Assembly (NCBI RefSeq): GCF_006345805.1
Contig: NC_043000.1
Span: forward strand, 46,686,001-46,750,000
DNA: 64,000 nt
Reading direction: 5' to 3'
Source: Octopus sinensis
Taxonomy: Eukaryota
Under the pieces are notes generated by a model. The model saw nothing but the letters and a program-made list of their open reading frames with translations. It did no database searches and was not told the DNA's origin. Shown piece by piece: positions 25,547-38,039 of this stretch. A program made the position numbers and the translations under genes. The first letter of the stretch is position 1. Each line of letters begins with the position of its first letter.

Positions 25547-25768
25547 TGCTATATATATATTATGCATATATATATATATATTATACTAGCAATAAAGGGT
25601 TTAGCAACGAATTGCCTTACCACATACCGAATTTAGAAATAGCAGTCAAAGAGTTATAGCTATTTCTTCTACTAAAAGGGAGATCTCAGTAAAAACAGCA
25701 ATTGGAAGGCAGACACAAACAGTAAGAGAGAATGAATTGACGGCAATCTATCATACAATTTTAAGTTA

Positions 25769-25872
25769 TCTACGGACGTACGTTTCGAATCAAGTTTTTA
25801 GGAAGCATAAGAATTAAATATTAAATATTACATAATTCTATCTCACAAAACTTCTTTTCTCTTCAGCGTAGA
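25769..25872 (-). ncRNA. Type I hammerhead ribozyme motif with extended stem II
   Basis: Minus strand: TCTACG-CTGAAGA-[G...C AT-rich hairpin]-GAAAC-GTAC-GTC-CGTAGA. Stem I is a perfect 6 bp, the core is canonical, the cleavage triplet is GUC and stem III (ACGTACGT) is palindromic. Confidence 0.85.
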
Positions 25873-27168
25873 ATACTATAATCTAAATGATTATATATTG
25901 AATTTATATATATATACATATAAATACAAAAATGGGACAATAACGCAAAACATCCAGACAGTTAGGTGAAACAAAAAAGGGACAACAAAATATTCAGACA
26001 GACACTACAAGGAAAACAAGGACAGACCATTCAGAGTTTTCTATCCTCAATCGAGTTCCAGATTATCTTCACAATTTCAGCTGGTTATACTCAAGATTGC
26101 TCCAATCTGGCCAGCCCCAAGGAAAAAAATAAGCTAAGAGCATTAGATTCCTTGGAAGAAATCAGCGAATGTATACAAAAACAAGTACAGAAAAAAGAAA
26201 ACAGAGAAATGTTACACAAATACAAATACAATTAACAGGACATAACAACAGGTGTCTTATGGGAAGAGATAGACAGATAAATAGACAAAGAGATAGCTTG
26301 ATACATGTATGCAATTACAGACATACTCATATATACAAATATACATACATAGACATGTATACAGAAACAAATATATATGCATATATATACGTATAACACC
26401 CACACCCACACACGTACATACACATGTATATGAAACAGTTTGTTCATATTTAAATTATGTATTTCATTATATTAATTATATAATTATATAGATGCCAATG
26501 TCTGTATTTTAATTGTGCAAACAGCTGTAGGACTTAAAATGAAATTTTGAAATATCAGTGAATTCTTTGGTTTTTACCATTTCAAGTATGTGTGTGTGTG
26601 TGTATGAATTTCTTGGTTCACAAAGAAGCAATAAGTTACATGACTCAATAAAAAAAGATAGGGCATTCTGTAATACATTTTGACTGAATCGCTTTAAAAT
26701 GTTTGTACTCTGAGTTTCACCTTTATATGCTTTTAGCTTTATATGCTTTTTGGCCTCTTACGTCATCGATTGGCTTTCTAGGCAGTTTTCTTTTACTTAA
26801 TTCCCTAGTATGGCATTGGTCAACCTAACATTATATCGTACAAGAATCATACTTAAGAGACTATGCTGTGGGATTGAACTTGAAACCACATGGTTACAAA
26901 GCAGACTCCTTCACCATTCAGCCATGCTTACACTTACTTTAAAAAATTAGCTTTTCTATCATGGTATTTATTCTTTCTTGTACGATGTTTGCTCAGTTTT
27001 GCATTCATACTTATTGATATGACCAAGATGTTGTTTCAATCAATGTATAAATTCAGCAGACATTGGAAGCTTTTCCCTCACTTGTCAGGATTTCAATGTT
27101 GTGTCCTGGTACAAGGAGACCAGTAATAAGAGGTGAAATCTGAACCCAAGCAGCAAAGAACAGAAAAA

Positions 27169-27239
27169 TGCAGAGGAAACCTTCTCATCAAATCTTCCCA
27201 TCTGCAGAGGAAACCTTCTCACAAATCTTCCCATCTGCA
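27169..27239. repeat. 34-bp tandem duplication
   Basis: tgcagaggaaaccttctca(t)caaatcttcccatc occurs twice. Confidence 0.85.
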
Positions 27240-27567
27240 AGACATTCTCTCTGTTATTCTAGCAACTCTGTCAGCTTGCTTCCATAGTTCACTGCTCTAC
27301 TTTTCCTTTTAATTCCTTACCCTTGCGTCAAATACATTATTAAAGGAAATTGTATATTGAAGAGTCTTTTGGACATTATACAATCATTATTTCAATCTTT
27401 GACAGATGTTCAGTTGCAATGTAACTTAGAATTCTTTTGTTTGAAACACTAACTCATGCATATCTAGACACTTTTCATTTTTAGTTCATTCTTGCATTTA
27501 TTGTATCTCCTATATAATTTATTCTTTCCATATTTCATTTTTTGAACATTTCCTTCATCTGTGTTTC

Positions 27568-27582
27568 TCTTCTTCTTCTTCT

Positions 27583-27657
<75 letters not shown>

Positions 27658-27662
27658 GTTCT
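27568..27662. repeat. (CTT)n-(TTA)n compound microsatellite
   Basis: Direct reading. Confidence 0.92.
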
Positions 27663-28484
27663 TTTTTTTACTAACAACACTATTTCTCTCTCTCTCTGAG
27701 TTAATAATGAAATGTCATTTTATTTTCCTTTGTTCAGTTAACTTTCTAGTATTCTTCCTTGACAAAGCTATCGATATGCATGTACATTCATTCTCAGTAT
27801 CACAATCACAAGCCAACATCAGAAATGAATCAATGAGGAACTTCTATAGAGTTATTTGACCTTGCTGATGACCAGCCAAATTTCCTTTCAACCAGTTTCC
27901 TACTAGCTTCTCTTAGTTCTAAAATCCTAGGGCAAAGTGCCCAAAATAAAACAGGATGCCCATGGCTATAATGTCATCTAAACGATAAAGTTCAAAGTGT
28001 ACTGACACGCTACATATTTTACATCTGACCAGTCTGTTATATAATAATAATAACAGTAAAGATGATGATACTGATGACAATAATAGTAATGACACAGACT
28101 ATAGCATCAATCTATTGCTCCAGGTGTTATGCATTATATATTACAGAATCGGAGATGTAGTAAGCAAGAAAATACTTGAGTATACCACATGGTTTTAAAA
28201 TGCCAACGATGCAAAACTTGCAATTGTCAATGAAAATAAGAATAAGTAAAAGGAATAATGGCACTATCATAGAAGTATAGTAATATCTTGGCAATAGATC
28301 CATATATAATGAAAGGGGAAAAAATTCAAATGAAAAGGATAGGTAAATCCTTGGATCAAACGCACAAAACCAACATAGACAATAACTTTAATACCATACA
28401 ATTCGACTTACATCACATCCACACCAGCTAGAAAGAGAATTTTAACATATTCTGTCATTGTAAATCAAAGAAATTTCCTTTGCA

Positions 28485-28915
28485 GTACTCTTTTATTCTT
28501 CTACTTGTTCCAATAATTTTACTGTGGCCATGCTCGAGCATCACCTTAAAGGGACTTTTAGTCAAAGAAATTGAACCCAGGATTTATTTTTTGTAAGCCT
28601 AGTACTTATTCTATTGGTCTCTTTTGCTGAACCATTAAGTTACGGTGACATAAACACACCAACATCGGTTGTCAAGTGATGGTGGTGTTAGGGAACAAAT
28701 ACAGGCACAAAGACACACACACATAAGTATATACTCATATATATTTATATATGACAAGCTTCTTTCAGTTTCTATCTACCAAATCCCCTCACGGGGCTTT
28801 AGTTGGCCTGAAACTCTAGTCGAAGATACTTGCCCAAGGTGCCATGCAGTGGGATTGAATCTGGAACTATGTGGTTGGGATGCAAGCTTCTTACCACGCA
28901 GTCATGCCTGCACCT
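28485..28915 (-). mobile_element. SINE family B
   Basis: Reverse complement of the family B head (...gggattgaatctggaactatgtggttgggatgcaagcttcttaccacgcagtcatgcctgc) and tail. Confidence 0.8.
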
Positions 28916-29504
28916 TACTAGGTTCAATCCAAACATACCATTGATCTGAATGTTTTCAACCATCATTTCAGGTTGACCTATAAAATGTGAAAAAAAAAAT
29001 TGATACAAAGAGAAAGATGGAAACTGTATTGTAGCATTTCGGATAGACAATACATGCTCTTACATGGCAGACTCAATTCATTGTCCAGTTTAAAACTACT
29101 ACCTGACCATTGAGAGCTTTTAGAAGAATTCATTTAGTTACAAGCAATTTAACAGATCTTCTGGCTGAGGATAACCCAGAAATTGCAGTGTTTTCTTTTG
29201 TTTCTTGTAATTAACACATAAAAAATGAATGAAAAAATCTTTAGTGTTGTATTGGCAAATCATTTACAATAAATCCTAATTTTTAAATGGAGAAAACGTC
29301 TTAGATTTCAAAAAGAATATTTGTTTACTGTTTTACTATCTTGAGCTATTTGTAAATGGATAAAGTTAATAGTAGGCAGAGATTGAGAAAAGGTGGTATA
29401 TAGAGAGAGTGTATAGACTTGTATGTATGTATGTGTGCATGTATGCATGTGCATCAGCTTTAAATTTTGTAACAGGTAAATCATTCAAAATTAATTCTTA
29501 ACTA

Positions 29505-30773
29505 TTAGGACATCAAATGTGAAATTTGTAGTCAGGTATATGGCAAACTTTGAGAGCTGCTCATTTTGTGCCATTATTATATATTGACAATCTTTATTTT
29601 TTGTTAGAAAGCTGACACGTCTATTTCTTTATTCTAATTAATTTTACACTTTTCAAAGTATTTATAAATCGTTTTGCTATGGATAAGTCGGAAATGTGAA
29701 CAGTTTTGAAATAAGAGTTCTTTCTTGGAAATACAGCATCACAGCTAGCTCAGAACATTAATGGAGTATTTCATTCTAATGTTATTATAAAGCAGACAGT
29801 ATCAAATTGGCTTGAAAAATTTCGTGCTGGTAACTTTGAACTCACAAATGAGCTACTCGGTTGACCAGAAACAAAGGTGGATAATGATGAACTAAAAGCC
29901 ACCATCGAGTCAAATCTATTTCGAAGTGCCTGTGAATTATTGTTGTTGTTTGGTGTTAGCAAGCAAACAATATTCACTTACTTAGTTCAAATTGGTAAAG
30001 TGAAAAGTTGTATAAGTGGGTTCCACATGAAGTCAATGAAAATCAGAAACAGCAACGTTTGGAAGCCTGCATTATGCTACTTTCTCATCACAAAAATGAA
30101 TCATTTTTGAATCGAATTGTCATATGAGAAATGGATCCAATACAGCTACCAAAAACGTTTGGCACAATGGTAGGACAAAGACGAGCCATCAAAACACAGT
30201 CCAAAAATCAAAATTCATCAAAAGAAGCTGATGGTGTGTTTGGTGGTCTGGCACAGGTGTGATTCATTATGATTTCATTAAACCTGGCTCATCAATCACA
30301 GCCGAAGTATACTGCAGCCAACAAATGATGCAGAAACTTACAAAAAAAAAAAGAAAGAAAAATCAGCCTAGATTAGTCAACAGATCTACTCCTGTTTTAT
30401 TGCAAGTCAACACCAGACCACACATTGCAAAAATGACATTGACAAAACTACAGGATTTGAAGTTGGAAGTTCTCTATCATTCACCATACTCAACTGATCT
30501 TGTCCCCACTGACTACCACTTCTGCCAGAATTTGCATAACGTTTTGATAGGAAAAAAATTTAATCCCTACGATGCTGTAAAACAGGCCATCCACGATTTT
30601 TTGATTCTAGATTGCCAGGTTTATACAGTTCTAGGTTGGACAAGATACTGCTGAAATGGTAAAATTGTATTGACAATATGGGTGCATACTTTGATGAATA
30701 AATCTATTTCTGTATTTATAAAACATTAGCAAACTTTTTCACTTTTCTACAAACTTCATACTTGACCACCTAA
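29505..30773 (+). mobile_element. Full-length (about 1.27 kb) mariner (DD34D) transposon, inactivated
   Basis: TA|TTAGGACATCAAATGTGAAATTTGTAG ... CTACAAACTTCATACTTGACCACCTAA|TA. The transposase remnant starts at the ATG at 29679 and contains KWVPHEV, QVNTRPH and HSPYSTDLVPTDYHF motifs, with multiple stops and frameshifts. Confidence 0.9.
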
Positions 30774-31559
30774 TATATTTTAAATAGAGACAGTATCCTA
30801 ATTTTTAGGAAATCTTGTCATTTAGTCTTTGCTATCTTGAGCAAGCATTTTCATGTGAGAAAGAGAGGGGAGAGAGAAATAAACAGGGAAGGGGCATAGT
30901 ATAAATGATAACTGTTAACCAACATATACAGCTGGCTTGTTTCATGTTTATTTGGAAGACAAGATAATATAGAGTTTTTAAATGTTTGCACAAAGCAGGA
31001 CAACTAAATATTGAAATATATCTTGATGACTAATCAAAACATGACACAAATACACTCACACATTAGTAAAGCTATATTGTGCTTCAATAAAATCAAACTA
31101 TGTAGTTTGCACCAGATATGTCAATATGGTTGTACTGATTTAAGAAGACAGTAATTATATTAGTGTTCATATATTTAATATATGGGGCATAAAATAGCTA
31201 ACAAGGAATAATTATATCCCCTATGAAAGACAATTGACATACTATCCAATTTGCTTCTCATTCACACCTAGTTCTATGAAAGCAAAGACCATCTATGCAC
31301 TTGTTCAGGCTTACAGAATTGGGTGCCAAATTTTACTCAAATCATGCCATATCATCTTAAACATGGTAAAGGTGATATGAATATGATTATCTCTTGGTAA
31401 CAAAGACATCTGTTTTCAATGAAGGGAAAATTTTGTGCCTGTGCCTGAACTAAAAGGCTACATGGTAGTGAAACATGGGTTTTGAATGTGGAGCATAGAA
31501 GAAGGTTGAAAAATAAATTAAAAAAAAAAAGAAACATGTAGGCTGCACTGGATAAATAA

Positions 31560-31780
31560 TACTGGTTTCAAACTTTGGCACAAGGTCAGCAATTTCAGCG
31601 GTGGGGATAAGTCACTTACATCAACCCCAGTAATCATCTGGTACTTATTTTATAGACCCTGAAAGAATGAAAGGTAATGTTGACCTCATCCGAATTTGAA
31701 CTCAGAAGATAACGACAGATGAAATGCCACTAAATATTTTGCCTGGTCTTCTAACAACCCTGCCAGCTCACTGCCTTATC
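31560..31780 (-). mobile_element. SINE family A variant
   Basis: Reverse complement of 31883-32095. Confidence 0.78.
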
Positions 31781-31882
31781 ACTGGATGAGTAATATTAAT
31801 GTACGTGAATTATGGATCACAAATAAACAGAGAGAAAGCTGATTATAAGCAGAATCATCGGCAGTGTAGAACAGAAAAGATA

Positions 31883-32095
31883 GTGGCAAGCTGGCAGAAA
31901 CGTTAGCGCACCAGGCAAAATGCTTAGCAGTATTTTGTCTGTCTTTATGTTCTGAGTTCAAATTCTGCCAAGGTCAACTTTGCCTTTCATCCTTTCAGGG
32001 TCAATAAATTAAGCACCAGTTGAGTACAGGGGTTGATCTAATCGACTGGCCCACTCCCCAAAAACTTTGGGCATTGTGCCTAGAGTAGAAGAGGA
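31883..32095 (+). mobile_element. SINE family A variant
   Basis: gtggcaagctggcagaaacgttagcgcaccaggcaaaatgcttagc...ttctgagttcaaattctgccaaggtcaactttgcc. Confidence 0.82.
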
Positions 32096-32379
32096 TATTG
32101 TGATGCATACAAAAAAGGACATTTGGGTAAAAAGGTGGAATGGCCACAGTTAAAATGTCTTTGATAATTGGTTTGTCTGATCAGAATTGACTTGGTACTA
32201 AGCAACAACAATCACAAATATATACTTTGACCCCTACTATTTGACACACACATACTTGAAGATATCAAACTCTAAAGAAAGGTACTACAGGCTGTAATAA
32301 TTCTTTATTACATTCCTTAATTTTTGCATTGACTGATTGGTTGAAATATTTTTTTTTATACTAGTTTCTATTAAAATAA

Positions 32380-32672
32380 TATTAGGTGTGGCTGTTGGAT
32401 AAGAAGTTTCCTTCAACCACATGATTCTAGGTTCAACCTCACCATATGACATTTTGGATAAGTGTGTTCTACTGCAGTCTTGGGCCAGGCAAAGCTTTGT
32501 GAGTTGATTTGGTAGAGGGAAGGGAAGCTGAAAGAACCTAGTTGTGTGTATTTGTCTTTGACAACTGGTACTGATGTGTTAACATCCTCATAACTTAGCA
32601 GTTTGGCAAAACAGGAACCAATAGAATGTGGCTAAAATTCTTCAAGGCAGTGGTCCAGCATGGCCACAGTTT
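32380..32672 (+). mobile_element. SINE family B (diverged)
   Basis: ggtgtggctgttggataagaag...accacatgattctaggttcaacc...cagcatggccacag. Confidence 0.7.
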
Positions 32673-32690
32673 GTGTGTGTGTGTGCTTAA

Positions 32691-33694
32691 TACGTTTAGA
32701 TTTTAGTTCCCATATATATTTACTAAGGCCAGTAGAATTAGTTAAATTTCTATTCTTAAAAGAATCCATGTGTTGAACCACCCTTATTTAAATTTTATTA
32801 GAAGTCGACCCTATGTAAATCGCATCTAAATTATAACTATTCCTATCATTATCATCAATCAAAGTCACTACACATTTATATACTACATCATCCAAATTAC
32901 ATTTTAAGTACAGTTACAGTTTTAGTCCATAAAAATTAGGTGTTAAGTACAATTTAAATTGGGAGTTAGTTTGTAAGGCAAAATCTTATTGAATAGGTAG
33001 TAATTGTTGTTTATTATGTACTAATGAATTTAAGGAGATATTATTAATTAATTAATAAAAAATTGTTAGTTCTCTAGATGAGCGAAAAATTAAATGTCGA
33101 CATAAGTTAAATTACTTATATAATAAGTTTAGCTAATTTGTGTATATATATAAACCCTATGTTATGTTACTAATTGTTGTAGTGTAATATGTATAAATTA
33201 GCATGAGATTATATAGTGTATATTACATAATTAGAATAAGATTAAACTAAGATGTTTATAAAATAAATAATTGATTAATGAAAATACATTAAATTATAGA
33301 AATTTAACTTCATTTATGTATATTATTGTTACGTATTTTAGTTCTAAATTATTTAGACTTTAAAAATTTTCAGTAAATGGTATATTACAGTTAGTTTTTT
33401 TTTTCATATTCTCACAGCTAAAAACATTTTGTCATTTTCACAGCTTAAATACATATTTATATCTAATTATTCTATAATTTTTATTTATGCCATGTTCTCA
33501 CGCTATAAATTTCTTATAAACACTAAGTTCTATGTTTTACGTTTAAAATTTTAGTCAACAGAAATTCTTCGATTAGATGAGTTATGATTTTATTTTAAGT
33601 AATATTGTTAAATTTTATTTGATTATTTATTGTTATAACAGGTATTTTTCTATATTTATTTGTTAATTATTATAAGTTAAGATACGTACATTTA

Positions 33695-33700
<6 letters not shown>
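32691..33700 (-). mobile_element. Penelope-like element fragment (RT C-terminus plus GIY-YIG endonuclease)
   Basis: Manual translation of 32691-32900: DDVVYKCVVTLIDDNDRNSYNLDAIYIGSTSNKI*IRVVQHMDSFKNRNLTNSTGLSKYIWELKSK, a PLE-type GIY-YIG domain. Confidence 0.8.
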
Positions 33701-33755
<55 letters not shown>

Positions 33756-33758
33756 TTA

Positions 33759-33876
33759 GACCTGATGAGTGACTATATTTTTAAATAGAATTAATTTTAG
33801 ATCGATTTAATTTTAAATCGAATTGATTTTATTATTATTATCTATTTGAAGATATAGACATGAAACATGCGTAGTC
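33759..33876 (+). ncRNA. Type I hammerhead ribozyme motif with long branched stem II
   Basis: GAC-CTGATGA-GTGACTATATTTTTAAATAG...CTATTTGAAGATATAGACAT-GAAAC-ATGC-GTA-GTC. The 20-bp stem II has one mismatch. Only 3 bp of stem I remain because the 5' side runs into (TTA)n. Confidence 0.65.
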
Positions 33877-34092
33877 ATTTTACAATTCATTGTTTATATA
33901 TTTTATTGATTTTTTAGAATAATGTTTTTTATAGTAAATTTAATTTTTTCTATATGGTGTGAATAACGTTTTTCACTATTGAATTACTTAATAGAGGTTT
34001 TTCTCTAAATTATATACATATATTATATATTGTGAAATTTGATTTAGAATTGCTAAATTGAATTTTCCCTGTAAGTTTGGAATTATATTCCC

Positions 34093-34094
<2 letters not shown>
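33759..34094 (+). mobile_element. HHR-headed PLE-like terminal repeat, family P1
   Basis: HHR followed by ~220 bp ending ttccctgtaagtttggaattatattcccta-(TTA)n. Homologous to 25214-25546. Confidence 0.65.
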
Positions 34095-34139
<45 letters not shown>

Positions 34140-34611
34140 ATTCATAGATACAAGACAATTATTCTCCATATAGAATACACTTCATAGTGTTCATAGGGTT
34201 TAAACTTGAGCAGGTAGAGGAGTATATGTAAGGACAAGCAAGTTAGATGAGTTGATATACAAAAAATATTAAATACAGTTAATACAAAAATGCACATATG
34301 TTTACTTACAGAAAGGTCTGACTTGCACGGAATAGAAATGGTATCAAGAATTAAAGGGGTTGAATATGAGATTTATGAGTCCAAGAGCTGTTTTTGGAGA
34401 CTTGGTGGTCCCAAATAATGACTGTAAATTGATTCCATCATCGGATAATACCAGCCTCTGTCTTCATAGGAAGATATTACATTTGAGGTGCTGACAGAAA
34501 GAAGATTAAAGATGGAATTATTTTGTAGAGAACTAACTGTATCAGAAGTGTATTTAATATTTTTTGTATATCAGCTTGCCTAATTTGCTTGTCCTCTTAC
34601 AATTACACCCT

Positions 34612-34656
<45 letters not shown>

Positions 34657-35107
34657 ATTTGTGTGTGTGTCGTTGTGTCTGTGTTTGTCCACCCATCACC
34701 ACTTCGCTACTGTTCAGCAACAGTTAAGCAAAATAATAAGTACTAGGCTTCAAAAGATAATAAGTCTTTGGGTCAATTTCTTTGACCAAAACCGTTCAAG
34801 GCAGTACCCCAGCATGGCCACAGTCAAATGAATGAAACAAATAAAGGATAAAAGGTGTGCAAATTCTAGCAACTGTAGATTTGCAAATAGAATTTTAAGC
34901 CTTCACCATATGTTGATTATAGAAAATAGTCCAATACTGGGGTATATGAAAACTGTAATGTAAAAAATGGGCATTTATATGTGTACCCATTTGTTTCATT
35001 ACAAGGACTTATATGCCCTAATATTAGACTATTTTTATAGTCAATATAGAGTGAAGGCTTATAGCTCTATTTACATAATCATAAACATCTATAAATATAT
35101 ATGAGAA

Positions 35108-35340
35108 GGTGGCGAGCTGGCAGAATCCGTTGGCACACTGGGCGAATTGCTTAGCGGTATTTCGTCTGCTGTTACGTTTTGAGTTTAAATTCCGCTGAGG
35201 TCGACTTTGCCTTCCATTCTTTTGGGGTCGATAAATTAAGTACCAGTTACGTACTGGAGTTGATGTAACTGACTTAATCCCTTTGTCTGTCCTTGTTTGT
35301 CCCCTCTGTGTTTAGTCCCTTGTGGGCAATAAAGAAATAA
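35108..35340 (+). mobile_element. SINE family A, young full-length copy
   Basis: ggtggcgagctggcagaatc...gagtttaaattccgctgaggtcgactttgcc...tgtgggcaataaagaaata. Close match to 36680-36909 and 11622-11853. Confidence 0.88.
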
Positions 35341-35533
35341 TACGAGACAATGTTTCATGAAAACTACACTACTATGAAATTGTATGCATGCTCCCTTTTT
35401 CCTCCCCACTATATCTAAATGATTAACTTTCTTGGTAAATTCTTTCAAATTCATAGTTTTCACACACTTTTAAAATTATAGGCCTATAATTCTGCAAAAT
35501 AATCCAAACAATAGACTGAAGCATACCTGTATC

Positions 35534-35655
35534 ATAAATTCAAAGAAGTTTGCTTACAGAATCCTGTCATATGATCAAGACTTAATAGTAATGATAAATT
35601 CAAGGAAATTTGCTTACAAAATTATATCATATGATCTGGCCTTAATAGTAATGAT
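35534..35655. repeat. 60-bp tandem duplication
   Basis: ataaattcaa.gaa.tttgcttaca.aat...tcatatgatc...cttaatagtaatg occurs twice. Confidence 0.8.
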
Positions 35656-36679
35656 TGTTAAAAATAAATGGAATATGTGAATTTATATCTAACATCATAA
35701 ATATAATCATCATCGTTTTAACATATATATTTCCATGCAGCTGGCACGTAATGTATTATATGGAACATTGCACATAACATGTGTGTATATACATTGTAAA
35801 TAAATATGTGTGCATGTTCATGTTTGCACATGCACACGTATAATATATTATGTAGACACACATACATACATAAATACATCTATACATGCATAAACACACC
35901 TGTATGCATTTATATATGCTATTTCTCATTAAGACTCAGAGGTTCAAACAATCATAGAACCAATTAAATTTCAAAGTAAGAATGTTTGATGATTAGAAGA
36001 AAAAATGTCTATTATCTTTTAGTTTGGTTATATTTATAAATTTATGTTTCTGTTCATGGGAGTGATATTTCATGAAGATTTATGACTAATTCTGCTACAA
36101 CCCAATTCTATATAACCTCAGGTGTTTAATCTGAGAAACAATTTACAGACAACTCATTATATTACTTTACTATTTGAAATGATCATAGAAGAGAATTGGA
36201 AAATAAGAACAAGTAGAATTTAGAAAAGTTTTGCTGATCTATTTAATATAATTGTTTGGCAAGCATAACTATAACATGAGCATCATGACATTATATGGAA
36301 CCATTCGTTTATGTTGCGTACATTTTGTGTATGAATTTATGTACAGATGTGTGTGTATGTGTGTATGTGCGTGTCAGTGTGTGTAATGTGCTGCTGTTGT
36401 AGTTGTTTAGCCCCTGGTACTAGCTGATCAAGCAGGTTTTATGATCAAAATCTTCCCTATCATTGAGCAAACCTATAATCAAAGGCATTCTGACCAGGAA
36501 CCCTTCATTTTTCTTTTTACTTTGTGCAAGGATCCCACAAGTACATTATGCAATGTGCCCTTCCATTTTCTTTTTATGGTAGAGTGTGAGTTGAAAGTCA
36601 TATGGCTACTATCTCAAGCAGATCAAATGACTTTGTTTAAGTAAATATACAGGTAACTATATATGCTTGCTTTATATCA

Positions 36680-36909
36680 GCGGCGAGCTGGCAGACACGT
36701 TAGCATGCCGGGCGAAATGCTTAGTGGTATTTCATCTGTCGTTACGTTCTGAGTTCAAATTCCGCCAAGGTTGACTTTGCCTTTCATCCTTTCGGGGTCG
36801 ATAAATAAAGTACCAGTTACGCACTGGAGTCGATATAATCGACTTAATCCCTTTGTCTGTCCTTGTTTGTTCCCTCTATGTTTAGCCCCTTGTGGGTGAT
36901 AAAGAAATA
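36680..36909 (+). mobile_element. SINE family A, young full-length copy
   Basis: B-box GAGTTCAAATTCC. Near-identical to 35108-35340. Confidence 0.88.
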
Positions 36910-37304
36910 TATATATATTTGCTTTATGTGAGACTGCTTAAGTGATAAAAGCCATAGAATAATGCAACTATTCTCCTATTTTATGGTTGACATATTACTT
37001 TGTTGTAAGTCAATTTGTCTGATGTTTATTTCAACAAAATTTGTCAGCTAAGTTTTGGACTCCCATGAGTAGTGGCTTGGCAGAAGTGATAAAGCTTCAG
37101 AGAAAATAAATGCAGTATTTCATTCCATCTTTTAACATTCTGGCTTTAAATTTTACCTTGGCAAACTTTGACTTTAATCCTTCTGGGTTTGATAAAATAA
37201 ATTACTAGTCATTTACTGGGATTGATATAACCAGCTGTTTCCTCCTCCCCTTCTTTCTCTTATATTAGAAAAACTATTTAAAATCTTAATAAATGAGAAG
37301 CTTT

Positions 37305-37536
37305 GATTTTTTTCTAACATTCAGATTTCTCTGTCTAATGTAATGTTTATTTACTCACATTGATTTGAGTTTGTTATACATTATTACCATGTAGCTTTCA
37401 AATTTCTATGATATGATTGTTTATTTTTAGAATGATATTATAGGGTAAGTTTGAGAGGTCAGATCTGGTCAGTTTGAAGATAAAGCAGGTAGATTATTTA
37501 GGCTGGATAAGGTCGGTTAAAATGCTAAATAGTTAA
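37305..37536. mobile_element. TTAA-type MITE remnant
   Basis: The right end reads ...ggttaaaatgctaaatag|TTAA. The degraded left end reads ttctaacattcag. Confidence 0.45.
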
Positions 37537-38039
37537 GATAGAAATGGAGAAGTTGATATGTAAAACATTAATGGAATAAAATTTCTTCTGTATCTTCATG
37601 TTATTTGCTTTATCTAGCATTGACCTTTAGCACACTGTAGGTGCATCATGTCACCATATGAGTTTTCTCCCCTGTAGTAACTGGGTAGTAGTAGGGGAAA
37701 CAATTCTAGAGAAAATGCAGTGCTAAAGGTTAACTATTTAATTGATGCAGTTTCTAAATGTGGTCTGAGAGTAAAATATTGTGTTTGTGTCCCTCAAATA
37801 AATAAAGGAATGCATAAGCTGTTGTATCATTCAAAATTCTATTCAAAGGTTCATGGTGAAGACTATGTAAGAAATAGATCTTTTATTCAGCATTTATATT
37901 GAAATAACAGAAGACTCACTTTATCCAAGCTTCTTCCTGATTTAATAGAAACAAAGTATTATTTTCCTATATCTATACTTCAGGATGTTTCTTTATCTGG
38001 GCTCTATGATATATTTTATCTTTTTCTTCTTCTTTTCTT

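Noticed and set aside
25920-26250. Structured repeat next to the intact HHR with GGCTGG/CCAGCT-GAAA on the minus strand
   Set aside because: The CUGANGA strand is not present in this copy. It may be a decayed ribozyme family, but this sequence does not support the call.
32691-33700. Very AT-rich block that looked like a mitochondrial insertion (NUMT)
   Set aside because: The minus-strand translation gives a Penelope-type GIY-YIG domain. I recognised no mitochondrial rRNA or gene motif.
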